This document shows positions 10,344 through 22,949 of a stretch of 64,000 nt of DNA, piece by piece. Source of the DNA: Folioceros fuciformis (taxonomy: Eukaryota); assembly GCA_049999805.1 (NCBI GenBank), contig JBNGIO010006064.1, positions 1 to 64,000 of the forward strand, written 5' to 3'. Made by a program: the position numbers and the translations under genes. The notes under the pieces were generated by a model. That model searched no databases, was not told the DNA's origin, and was given only the letters and a program-made list of their open reading frames with translations. How positions within the stretch are numbered: the stretch's first letter is position 1; each line of letters begins with the position of its first letter.

Positions 10344-10468
10344 CTCCTTGAAAATGGTATTTACAACCCGTAGGAAAGTTGCTAGAGCATTGCAGAGCCC
10401 AAAAGGCAACTTGGTGTAAGTGCAAGTCCCCCAATCAGTGGTAAAAGTCGTCTTGTCATGGTCCCTCA
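10344..10468 (-). mobile_element. Ty3/Gypsy reverse transcriptase fragment
   Basis: Minus strand reads RDHDKTTFTTDWGTCTYTKLPFGLCNALATFLRVVNTIFKE, matching the KTAF and MPFGLxNAPATF motifs. Confidence 0.85.
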
Positions 10469-10784
10469 AACCTAAACCCTTGGAGGATTTCATGATGAAC
10501 ATGAGTGAAGCCCACGATCCAAAGCAACAACAACTTCACCAAGAGAATAACTCGCAACCACAATTACATCATTAACAACATGAAATTGATGAAGGACACA
10601 TAATGCATCAACAAAATTTGCATTTTCAATCTCAACCCAATTTGAAACATATTAGGAAAGAAAAAATACAATCTTTGTCTAATCCCAAGCGTTCAAAATT
10701 AACCAAGTAATTCTCATCACAGCATCTAAGTTAGAAAGAAACTCATGTGCTAACCATTTACGACATATAATCTTGCATTATAAT

Positions 10785-10788
<4 letters not shown>

Positions 10789-10830
<42 letters not shown>
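10789..10830. repeat. (TA)n microsatellite
   Basis: About 20 TA units, read directly. Confidence 0.97.
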
Positions 10831-10835
<5 letters not shown>

Positions 10836-12121
10836 AATGAATAAGTACATACGTCCTCACTATTAATGAAGAAAGTTGTAAAAGTTTTTATAATGAAAAG
10901 ACAGCTTAACTTATCACTAAAGGATGGGCATATTCTCTAGAGTCGTGATTCGTAACAAACGTACATGTCTTGTCAATAAGGAATTTTATCTACTCATAAT
11001 GTAATGTGAATATGACTAAATCCTAGACTCTATTCATATTCACCACGCACACTTTATTTCTTCACACAAGAAATAATGCCCTAGGGTTTTTTTAACTCCC
11101 CTTTATATAATAAGTATAGACACACGCACACCTACACACACATTTATATTAGGTATACCTACATTTGAATTGGACAATACCTAGCCTACATAAATCTCTC
11201 TCTCCATACTTATTGCGGATTACGTTGGACTTCTTCCCCTTTCTAAAGATAATCTTTTGGCTTGGCTTAAGGGTGTCTTTTCATTTGATCGTGTGCGTCT
11301 TGCCTTGAAAGAGGGCTTGGGCACCCTAGGCTCTGTATTGCGAAAAGAACGAGAGGAATATCTTTTGGTTCTCGCCACCATGATTCATGTGTGAAGAACG
11401 AAAGGAATGAGATGCAAGGCGAATGAAGAGAAAGGGGAGAGGCCTTGTGCCTCTCTTAAATGTGTTCTTTGACATTTTATAGATTTAGTCTCTTCTTATA
11501 ACCAAATAAGTCCACTTTTACATAGTACAAACATTTGTATGGTAAATACATCGAGTTGTATTGGAACTCCCTAGTTAAGCACACCAGTTATGGCAATAGA
11601 GCTCCCTAGTTAAGCATGCTAGCTATGGATTGGATGGGGAATATTGAAAGTCCCGCATATACTTTTTTTGTGGGTAGAACCTAGTGTGCTAAGTGCATAG
11701 GGTGACTAAGGAACATGTTTTCTATCTAAGCTAAACCACTAGAGGGATAGATTAAATAAGAGAACATTCCTTTTATGCACCTTATTCCTTGCAACATTCT
11801 TCGCATGGACAATGAAGGGAGAACATCATGCCAAAAGAGCCATAGTCCTACAGAGCTATGATGCCCAAGAAGTTGGAAATGCATAAGCGGCAGTGCTCTT
11901 TCCAATCAATGAAGAAAACTAAGCAACTCTTATTAAGATGGATCCCAGGTAGGTCCTTTATAACGGTACACCAAGAGGTGTCTCCTTTCAACTAACCTAC
12001 TAGTTAACTACTTGCTATCTATAGCTAGGTCTAGTTAGGCTAACCAATGTGATTAGAACCACATGGTCTGCTTATTTCTAACTCAAAAACCTTATCTCCG
12101 TTCGACAACTTGTGTGGGACA

Positions 12122-12131
12122 NNNNNNNNNN
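12122..12131. other. Assembly gap (10 N) with a duplicated ~45-bp sequence on both sides
   Basis: ttctaactcaaaaaccttatctc(c/t)gttcgacaacttgtgtgggaca occurs both before and after the N run. Confidence 0.9.
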
Positions 12132-12429
12132 CTCCTTTTGCTTTCTAACTCAAAAACCTTATCTCTGTTCGACAACTTGTGTGGGACAGCTCCTTTTGCC
12201 TCGAGTTTAGCTTGGAGACTGCTTGTTATATCAGTCTTGTAACCCTCATGTTATCATTGCTAGAGGTTGTTCTTGTCATGCCTTGTATGTATTCACAGGC
12301 AAGCGCGTGCTTCCGGTGGCTCCCTCCCAAGTGGTCTCTACTTATGAAGCCCATCCTCAAACGAGGACACACCAAAGTGATGCTCTCTTTTGGCATTGCC
12401 TTCTTGGACATCTCAATCATGTCTGACTA

Positions 12430-13270
12430 CTTGCCACATTTCAACAAGATTTGTATAAAGATAAGTTGCCACTAATTTCCTTGACAGAGGCTTTATGCGA
12501 AGTCTATGTGCTTGCAAAACAAGGAAGTTTTCCTTAACCTTCTCTTAATGTTAGTCGTTCTTGAGCGCCGCTTCGTTTGGTCCATGTGGATTTATGTGGC
12601 CCTCTACATGTTGCGTTTTTAGGCAGAGCTAACCACTTTATAATTGTCATTGATGACTTTAGTTGATATATGTTTGCGTTTTTCATTCGTCTTAAGAGTG
12701 ACTCATATAATGTGTTCTCACTGTTTGTTGCTATGGCCAAGTTACAGATTGGCTATAAACTTTGGTGTATTCGATTCAACAATGCGGGGAACTTAACAAC
12801 CATTGGTTTTGCAATTTCTATGAGGAGCACGACATCTTGCAGCAATTTACCGTCCCTTGCACCTTTAAGTAGAATGGCATGGTCGAGAAGGCTAACAACT
12901 ATTTGATGTTCATGGCTCATGCCATGCTGACCCAGTCTCAGCTACCCAAGTCTTTGCCCAAGTCTTTCGAGGCTGATGCTGTGTCTACTGAGGTATACAT
13001 TAAAGACAAAGTTCTTACCAAGTCGGTTTATGCCGTATGCCCTATGACTGTTGGCATGGTCGCAAGCCTTTAGTTTCACATCTTTGGGTTTTTGGTTGCC
13101 CTACCTATGATCTTGTCTCTCAGCAGCATCGTGACAAGCTTGATACTCGCGCTTGGAAGCTGGTGTTTGTGGGCTACAGTGACGATTGCAAAGCCTAAAA
13201 GCTCATGGACTTGGCTTCCCATACTCTTCTCTATGCTCGCACTATCACCTTTGATGAGGCTGGATAGTGC
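12430..13270 (+). mobile_element. Degenerate Ty1/Copia integrase
   Basis: Broken frames include PLRLVHVDLCGPL, VIDDFS, NGMVEKANNYLMFMAHAML and RDKLDTRAWKLVFVGYSD. Confidence 0.8.
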
Positions 13271-13361
13271 TTGTCTTCGACGTCCTTGGAGTCTTCCTTC
13301 AACGTCCTTTCTGGTGCTTCTTCTAACTCAAGCACTCCCAGCTCGAGCTCGTATTTGTGAA

Positions 13362-13593
13362 CACCATGGACCTCAAGAGCAAGGGGGATAAAAACATGAT
13401 TATCATGCATAGGAGCATATTCGTGGACGTTATGGCCTCGTGGACCTCAAGGGCAAGGGAATAAAAAGATGACTATCATGCATAAGAGCATATTTGTGGA
13501 CGTCATGGCCCTATGGGCCTCAAGAGCAAGGGGATAAAAACATGACTATCCTCTGTAGGAGCATACTTATGGACCTTGCTCCTATGCATGATA
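13362..13593. repeat. Tandem repeat, about three 73-74 bp units followed by a short inverted fragment
   Basis: Units start at about 13366, 13440 and 13513 (ggacctcaagagcaagggg...atcatgcataggagcata). tgctcctatgcatgataa follows in inverted orientation. Confidence 0.85.
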
Positions 13594-14554
13594 AACACCT
13601 AGCCTAGAGGTTTGATGATAAAAGTGCTCAGTGATACAAGACATTAGTGGGATCTAGTCCATTCTTGCTTGTGTTATATCCTTCCTCCACTTGACTAAAG
13701 ACACACTTGGTTTAAGAGAATGTAGTACCTTTGAGGCCAGCGTAGAAAACATTTGCTTTGAGCACCTTCGCTCTCTTCGCACTTCATTTTTGTTTTTCCT
13801 AATAATAAACTCTAAATTGCATTTGGCAATATGAACATAGCTTTCATGGAATAGAATCATTGAGAAAAAAAACTTTGCCTCAAAGAGCAATAAAATGTTT
13901 ACGCAATTGATCTAGGTACATGAATGGTGTATTAGTCCCGCGCGTGTAATGTTGATTTTGAAGCTCTCCAGATTCAAGCATATGCTGGTCTTATAAATAG
14001 ATGGTGCGTGTTTCTTGCCATGTCCTCATCTAGGTTTGTTATGTTGGAAGTGTCTCCCAAGAAGTAAATTCATAGTGCCAAAATAAATACCAAGTGATTC
14101 TATCTCTATGGAGAGAGCTTGGAGTAAGATGAAGAAGCTGGATATTCAAGCTTAGACGCAAGGACGATTTTGTACAAGAAATGAAAAAAAGTTATTCTAA
14201 AAGAGAAACAAAAGTGGCGGTTTGTTGTAGTAGTATTTGTTATCCGAAGTGATGGATCGAATCTGTAGCTGGAGTGGATGTGATTTGAAAACTAATTAGT
14301 AATGTGTAACCTAAATAAACCTAAATAGGAAAAAAGAATGAAGGCAGGCGTTCTCGACCAAAAATCGTGAGTCGCATCAAGAAGAATTCATGGTCCCAAG
14401 GCACGAAACGGCCGATGGGTCCTATTTCAATTCATGGTTATCGAGTTCCAAGCTGCAGCGCGGCACCAAAGTGGCGGCTCAAACAGGAGCAGGAGCAGCT
14501 GCAGCAAGAGTATGAGACCAAGCGCGCGGTTCGGGAGCCCTCTTCGCTAGGTTT

Positions 14555-17500
14555 ATGGCAGGACCACAGCAGCAGCAACCGACTCCCTCCCAGCAGAGTG
14601 CTGGACGCGGGAGAGGGATGACGCTCCCAGCCTGGATGACAGGTGCCTCTCCGCCCTCCCCGTCCCCGCAGGCCTGAACTGAATTCGCAGCTCCAGCTCG
14701 CTGGAACAGCCTGCTGGTCATGGGAGGCAGTAGAATGTTGGCAAGTCTCTGGAATGCGCGAATGCGGTTGTCTGGGAGGTCCCTGCGTAATTTTTTTTTG
14801 TCTTCTCACTTTGTACTGCCTCCTTCTCATGCCTGACACCTCCTTCTGCTCAGGTGGTCCATCCACCGCAACTCCGGGGGCGCCTCCTTCAGGGGCCACA
14901 CCCCTGGTGAGTTGTGCCCGAATGCTGTGCCCTCAACTGCGGCGGTTCCACTGTCTTTTTTCTGCCCCTAATGTTGCGTCTTATGCTGAAGGGACAGTTT
15001 CGAGCTGGTGGTCCGCCTCAACCAGCGCAGCAATTTCTCCCTTCGGGTGGCCAGCAATTTAGGCCAGGTATTAGCACACAGGTGGGCATGCCGATAACTT
15101 TTCCCAGCCATGGGGCCTCTTTTGCGCCTTCTCAATACTCACAGCACATGTCGCCGTGCTGTCTGCCACCGCAGAGCCAGCCACCTGCAACCACTCCAGG
15201 ACCTCCCTCTTTTGTTCCACAGCAGCGGACCATTCCTACTGCGGCGACCCCTGTGGTGCAGCAGTCTCAACCTGTCACCATGCCACCTCTTCCTGGGCCT
15301 GCCTCAGTGCCAACCGCAGCGTCATATTCTGTATGCTTTTGATTCCTTGTGATCATTAGCTCCCGGACCTTGTCTGCCGCCTGATGGGATTGTCCTGCAC
15401 GTTAGGAGTCATCTGTTTTCTGCCAGTAATTTGATAGTCTCTCAACATGCTGAATCGTTATGGATTTCTTTGCAGTTTGCACCGCCACCTTCACAGTTTT
15501 CTCAGGCACCAATTGCTTTCGCATATCAAGGCCAGAGCCAGCCTCCGTCTGTTCCGCATCATGCTGCAGCCAGCCAGTCATGGCCTGTGATTGGAGGCCC
15601 GAACACTGTTGTTGGTGTATCGGGAGTTCATGTGGGTCTCCTCTTCCACAAATGAAGTTTGGCTGTGTCTTGCGCATCAGTTTGCGGCCCATGTGTGTCC
15701 TGATGCATGTCGTCTGACGCGTATCCAGTACTGATCTGTATGTTTTGACAGCCTCCCGCTCCAGGAGCTGTATCTTCCGCTTCAGACTGGCAGGAGCATG
15801 TTGCACCAGATCAAAGGAGGTGGGCTTGAATTAATGCGTGGGTTAATTTTATTAGATAGGGCTGTAGTGCTGCTGCCTAATGTCTTCTCTTTCTTTAGGT
15901 ATTACTACAACAAGAGAACCAAACAGTCGAGCTGGGAGAAACCTCAAGAACTGATGACAGCCACAGAGGTAGGGTTTTTACTCCATTCTGATTTACCTTA
16001 CAAAGTAATAAGCGTCTCAGTGTCTGAAAGCCTGAATGATGTGCGAGAGTAACCTGCTATGCTGCGGAAAATTTTGCAGCGAGCAGATGCGTCAACTGTC
16101 TGGAAGGAATTCACGAATACGGATGGAAGGAAGTATGTATACACTTCCTGTCAGGCTGTGAATCGTTGCAATTATGTAGTTTATCCTAACCTGCTTTGCT
16201 TCTCGCATCATTTTCCTTCGTGGGTCTTCATTCTCTTGTGTACCAGGTACTACTACAACAAGGTGACAAAGCAGTCTAAGTGGACGATGCCAGATGAGAT
16301 GAAGGTACGTCTTTTCAGTTGGTTGTTGCTGCTGCAGGAAATGATTCAAGAATCAAAGGTTTAGCCATATCACAGTCAGGACATTTAGCAGATTCAAGCC
16401 TTTGTGGATTGTCGCTATGACAGGCAGCTCGGGAGCAAGCTGAGAAAAGTTTAGGCGTAACGACTGTCACGGTAGATGGCTCGTTGGCCAGCGCTTCTGC
16501 TGAAAACGTGAAAGTCGCATCCCCTGTTTCTGTAGCCACAGCAAACAAGCCTTCTGCTGTTAGTTCTGGTCAAGCGACTACTTCACCACTGCGGACACAG
16601 TCAGTGACTGCAAAAGCTGTGTCTGTGAGCTCACCAAGCAGTGTGGGTTTGACGATCTCTGCCTCAGTGGCTGCAGCAGCTCTTCATGCTTCAAGTGCGT
16701 CCGCATTAAACAATGGTATTGCAGTGTCGTCTCCATCGGCTGCAGGAGCAAAGTTGTGAGTCCATGGCTCTGGCCTCTGCTCTACTTCTGACTGCATACA
16801 TGGCTGTCATCTTCAGACCGTACGAGGGACAGACGTACTACTGGAGTGTCTATTAATTGCTCGTCTGTCATTCTGCATGTCTTCTGCTAATCAATTGGTT
16901 CTGTTGCGTTTGCATCACGCGCATGTCAGGGATGAGGGTGCTGCCAAGGATATGAAGGTGATGCTCGAAGTTTCTGCACAAGAGATTGAGGTATCTTTGA
17001 GTCATGGACTCTTGTATGATCCTTGTGATGTTGTAATCTTCTGTGTGGCCCAAGTATGTTCTCGCCTTAGCAAGGTGACAAGATCCCCCGCTTCGGGTCC
17101 ATCTTACATTGTTCACATGTATCCGGCATGTTTCTATAGGAAGCAATGGAGGCTATGCCTAGTGTAGGAAAGATAAAAAGCACACCAGTTCCAGAGGAGA
17201 AGGCCGTGCCTGCTGCAGAAGAGCCTCCGACATTTGCCAATAAGATTGTGAGTGTGTTGGCATATTTGTGTTTGACTTTTGACTGGATTTTTTCAACGTT
17301 TCTACTGGTCTAGCTTGATTTGAGTTTGTCTCGCAATATTTAACGAGGTAGATGATCCTTCAGGAAGCCAAGAATGCCTTCAAGGAGCTCCTCGAGTCCG
17401 TCCATGTAGAAGCAGACTGGACCTGGGAGCAGGTGCGCGTCTTTACCCTCCCAGTTGCTTCAGTTCATGTCAAAGCTGCCATCCTGTATACTGTCTCTAA

Positions 17501-20500
17501 AGTCTGCAGGGTGTACAGTTGCATCTTTTGCTTTCTGTAGTATTCTTAGGACCCCTTCGCTGCTGGTGCTAATCTGGCCACGTGTTTCCTGTTGACGTGT
17601 GAGTGTTGTTAATACCTCTGATGCTTTTAAGAATAATTGATGGGGTTCAACGTTTAATGCTAGCTCTAGCATCATATAAACTATTTTTGATAGTGATTTC
17701 CAACACCGCGTTTCATAGGCTATGCGGGTGATAATCAATGACAAGAGATATGGGGTATTGAAGACTCTAGGAGAAAGAAAACAAGCATTCAATGAAGTAA
17801 GCCTTGTGCTGCTCTCAAATGGTCTGCTTCTACGGCTAGAGGTGCACTGTCTGTTCCCAATTTCATCTTCATGGAATGATCCAACAATGTTTTGTTTGCT
17901 TTCATAGTATCTGGCGCAAAGGAAGAAGCAAGAGACAGAGGAGAAACGGCTGAAACAAAAAAAAGCACGGGAGGATTTTCTTGTAATGTTGGAGGTACTC
18001 TGCTGTTGATGCTTCATTTGTTGTTATTTCACGGGATGCTATGCAGGACCTCTAATAGGGAATAAAAGTAGCCAATAGTTGTGAGCATAACCTGCTCTTT
18101 CTTTGATCAGGACTCGAAGGAGTTGACCTCTACTATGCGTTGGAGGTGGATGCCTTACATCCTTGAACAGTTATTTGCCGATGGCCTATCCTTTGTTTGT
18201 CGTAGCTTGTTCTAATCAATGCTTAAAAATGCAGTAAAGCACTCCTCTTGTTTGAGGAAGATCCAAGGTTCTTGGCTGTGGAGAAAGAGCGTGAAAGGGA
18301 GGAACTCTTTGAGGACTATCTGGTCGACCTGGAAAGAAAGGTGGGACGAGATCTGGCTTGTGCTCTGTATTTTGCACTCTATATGTTCTTGTAAGCCATG
18401 TGTAGGGATTTTCTTTGTGCAGGCCTGAGTGTTTGTCTTTACCATCTTTCTGTTTTCGTTTCTTGCGAAGGAACGAGAAAGGGCAAGGGAGGAGCGAAAG
18501 AAGAATTTGGCTGAATATCGGGCTTACTTGGAAACCTGTGACTTTGTGAAGGTAAGATTTTCAATCCACATGTCTTTGAATGGTTGCCTCTTGTTGGTTC
18601 TCTCTGACACTGAGAGGACTGCAGGCTACAAGCCAGTGGAGGAAAGTGCAGGATAAACTTGAGGATGATGAGCGCTGCACTCGGTTGGACAAAATAGATC
18701 GACTGGAGGTGTTTCAGGTGAGATCTACCTACTCTGTAGTTCATATAGCGTCTTCTTTTCAGCTGTTGAAGTACAGACACGTATTGTCACAAGTGCAGGA
18801 GTACATTCGCGATTTGGAGAAGCAAGAGGAGGAAGAGAAGAAATTACAGAAGGTTGAGGCAACTTGCATTTGCGCTGCACCTTGCTAAGATTTTGGCTCT
18901 TTGATCTGAGTGAATCCCTGAGTGTGTAAAGGTGATCTATGGTTCCAGGAACAAATGCGGAGAAAGGAACGCAAAAATCGGGATGAATTCAGAAAGGTTA
19001 TGGATGAAGATAAGTTTTCAGGGGTGTTGAATGCCAGGACTTCATGGCGAGAATACTTAGTCAAGGTTGTCATCTCAATTAAAACTCCTCTGTTTGTTGT
19101 GATGCATGATATCTGGTTGCTTACCCTTTTTCTGTTTTTGTAGGTTAAAGAGCATCCTGCTTATGTGGCAGTGGCAGGAAACACTTCTGGTTCAACCCCC
19201 AAAGAACTGTTTGAAGATGTTGCTGAAGAGCTAGAGAAGCAGGTGACTGGTGATCACGCCAATAAGATTTCTTCCGGTTATGAGTACTGATCATTTTTCT
19301 CTTGGTGGCCAAACATTTTATCAGTTCACAACATCTCAGTCTTTGTCTTGCTGGAACCCTGGCAGTATCATGAACATAAGTCAAAGATCAAGGAGGTGAT
19401 GAAGGCGTTCAAGGTGTGTATCTCTTATTTTTATGACCCACAGCAGGGCTGATTCCAGTGGATCACTGCTTGGATTGGATCGGAGTTCTGATGACTAGCT
19501 TATGTGTGAATGAAACCTGGGCAGATAACTGTCACTACGACCTGGACCTTCGACAAGTTTAAGACTGCAATTGCTGAAGCAGGTGACTTGGTGGCGATCG
19601 CTGAACCAAACCTTAAGGTTAGTGATATTCAACTTTGTTGTGAACCAGGAGGAGGCTTTGTAGCTGCCCCTGGCAACAACCTCTTAGTGTAGCTAGCAAA
19701 CAATGTCGTAAGAACCCTTGGGCAAAGCTGCATCGGGAGAGCAAGACTAATGTGCTGAGTCAGGCAGCAAGCTTTGACTCTGGAGGTAACTGGTGGTGAG
19801 TAACTTTCTGCTGCCCAGAAGAGGCGGCAGTGTATGTATTTATGACATCAGTGGACTGATCGGCGTGTAATATAGATGCACACTGTGTTAAGAGAAAGAA
19901 CAGACGGCTTGTGAATAACTCCCAAATCCTGGCTGGTTGGCTTGATGTATCCGTACATGTCACATGGTTTTCTATCTTACACTTCTGTCCTAGACGTCTC
20001 TGCTCATTGATTGTAGTCTGGGTGGCTTTTTCCTCGCATGCTAAACCCTGTACCTTGCATGCTGTCAATACATGAGCGTAGAGCTTATTTTGTGAGCCTG
20101 TGGTCTTTTTGGTGCAGCTGGTCTTTGAGGAACTGGTAGAGCGAGTGAGGGAAAAGGAGGAAAAGGAAGCCAAGAAGAAGCGAAGACTTGCGGAAGACTT
20201 CAGTGATCTTCTGCATTCCATCAAGGTACGCTTTTTGTGTGAACATCCTGCACATAAAACATTGCCGGTGTTTGAGGTTTGCTAGAAGATGCGATCCTTT
20301 AAGAATTTTTGTGTGGCCACTGGGAGTCTTACATGTAATTGACTTCCCAGGCAATCAGTGCATCGTCCAAGTGGGAAGACTGCCGGCCATTGCTTGAAGA
20401 TTCTCCAGAGTATAGGTAATGCCTCCCCTGAGCAAGGTGAATTGTTGCAGTTTGGTGCTTGTATCGTTGTGTTTAACATTTATGCAATGAATTGTGATGG

Positions 20501-21668
20501 TAAACTGCATGCAGGGCCATAGCTGATGAGGCAGTCCGAAGGAAAGTTTTTGATGACTATGTAGCTAACCTTCAGCAGAAGATAAAAGAGAAGGAGCGTA
20601 AGCGAGAGAAAGAAGATAAGGTATACATAATCCTGGATCTTCTGTCGTTGAGTCGTTGCCCTGTGACTGCTGTTTTTGTGGGTGTGTTGCCAAACCATGC
20701 GTGTGGTGTCCACAGAGTTGGTTGGCAAAGTTCAGTATGTAGGAGTTGTAAATATTGGAAAGCTATGTTTCTTAAGTAGAAGTCTGGGGGCTCTGTGACC
20801 ACGCTGGTGTGTTACTTGATCACAACAGTTTGTTCGCTCCTGGCATGATCAACTGACCATATACTGTATCCTGTATCATGCACTTGACTTCCTGTTATGA
20901 TCACTCTGAACAAGCCCACTGCCTGTTTGTCAATGACTTGACTCCCACATCCTAAACGGGGTTGCTCAGTGTCATGATGAACGTTAGATGCTTTGGAGAT
21001 GGTGGCAGCTTCTGGCAACTTTGTTAGATGCATAGAAGTGACACATCCTGCTGACCAAATATTTGGCTTGGCAGGCAAAGAAGGAGAAAGAGAAAGAGAG
21101 AGAACGGAGGAAGGAAAGGGAGAAAGAGCGTGAAAGAGAGAAAGAGAAGGCGAAGCGAGAGAAGGATGGAAGCCAGGACGCAGGTGAAGGCGGTACCTTG
21201 TTGCCGCAGAAGGAGGATAGGAAAAAGGACAACAAGGAGAAGGAAAGAGATGTGAAAGATAAGGAGAAGGACGGAGTCAAAGAAAAGGACCGGGATAGGA
21301 AACATAAAAAGAGGCATAGAAGTGTGAGCAGTGAGGAAGGAGGGTCAGAGAAAGAGGAGAAAGAGGATTCAAAAAAATTGCGGCGTCACCTAAATGAGCA
21401 CAGGAAGCCGTCAAGGAAGGTTGGTTTCCACTGGGTTGTTGGTTGCAGTTGAATGGACGGTACAATCTTTGGTTTCTTTGAGACTCAGGTTCGCAGTTGT
21501 CTTACAAGGGTTGTGCCATCATACACGGTGCAGCATGGCCATGATTCGGACACAGAGAGCGAATCAAAGCTAAAGCGCCACAGGCGGGAGCGAGAAGGAG
21601 CACGGAGGAATGGGGCAGCAGAGGAGCTGGAGGATGGAGAAGTCGGAGAGGATGGCGAAATCCGATAG
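14555..21668 (+). CDS. PRP40: Pre-mRNA-processing protein 40 (WW plus FF domains), multi-exon
   Basis: Pro/Gln-rich N-terminus. WW exons SDWQEH...[15 protein letters not shown] and [10 protein letters not shown]...[17 protein letters not shown] repeats [23 protein letters not shown] and [25 protein letters not shown]. Charged C-terminus ending [14 protein letters not shown]. The start at 14555 is inferred. Confidence 0.95.
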
Positions 21669-22949
21669 GCCTCTGTCCCTTCTTTGCCTTTGTTTGTTTG
21701 CTGTGACGGCTTGTGGTTTCATTTCTGACTCCATTGGGAGGTCGGAAAATCAAGAACACTCTGACTAGCTCAACAGATTACTTTTGTTTTCCTGAAGTGA
21801 TTAGGGTATTGCGGCAGACTGCCCCGTGTACATGTGCAGCCGTTGCACATCCTGTAGGATAGGCATGCTTGCATCCTGGAAGCTGCAGAGTCTGCCGCGT
21901 TTGGCCGGAATGTTGGCTAACGGATCAGTTTGTGAGAGTGCTCATGTTGATAGAAGTCCATGATTCTTGGGAAATGCTGATGCATGTAAGCACCACAGAG
22001 CTCAGTAGTGAATTTCAGGCTTTTGATGGATTTCTGCATCAATGAATGCGTGCATCCATGTACGGAGCTGACTGTGGTGCCCGACTTGATGATCATATAC
22101 GTTTCTTGTTTTTTCCAGTATTAATTTTCTGGAGACTCTGTAAACTGTTCTTCTGGGTTCATCTTTTCCACTGTCTTGTGCAAATGTTTGTGTTGTTTGT
22201 GTGGAAGTTATGTTTCTATGTCAGTGAAGTTTCCATAGGAAAGTTCGCTAAGATGATGATAAGGGTGGAATCAAGATTTGACATGCTTACAGAGGATGGA
22301 GCAAGACTTCAAATTGCGCTCGCGGGCAGAAGAGGCTTTAGCTCATAGTTTAACTTCTCACGCTGGGCACGAGGTAAGCAAGTAAGTTGCTTCATCGTGT
22401 AGGGTGAGCGCGAATATGTCTCGATAGTTCTGCTGTTAGGGGACTCGAGTATGTTGTTCTCGTGTTGGTGCAATAATGTGTGTTCCCCTGTAGCGCAAGT
22501 TGCTTCTGGCTCGTCCGTGAGGAAAGCGGAGGTTGGGGTCCCGAGATGGTGAAACGACCGACCTGTCCAATGCAGCGCTGTGCTCCTCCTTGGATGGTGG
22601 CGAGAAGGGGATGTTTCAGTGCTAGGATCTGTGTGCAGTTGTTAGTCGTCTGTTGCCCTAACAACTTTTGACGCTAGGTTAGGATGCAATGATGAATGTT
22701 CTTGAAGTGATATACTGTGCAACGTCTCAACCTGGCTCCGTCAACGTGTGTTTGCTGGCTGCCTACATGGATGAATCATGACCCTTAAGGCTGGCAGCTG
22801 ATAGAGGGATCACAAATCCCTCGCCTACTACTAGTCAAGGTGTGATTGGGTTGTTAATGTGCAAGCATATCTGGGACAATTCCTCGGATTTACTCATCCG
22901 CCCGATTTATGGCGGTGAAATGAGCCCAACAGCTGTTGAAGGTCAACTA

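Noticed and set aside
12077-12190. Short direct repeat suggesting an LTR or TSD
   Set aside because: It straddles the N gap and is most likely an unmerged contig overlap.
20970-21056. Intronic box C/D snoRNA in PRP40 (ATGATGA...CTGA)
   Set aside because: The CTGA coincides with the expected branch point, the terminal stem is weak, and I recognised no rRNA or snRNA guide.
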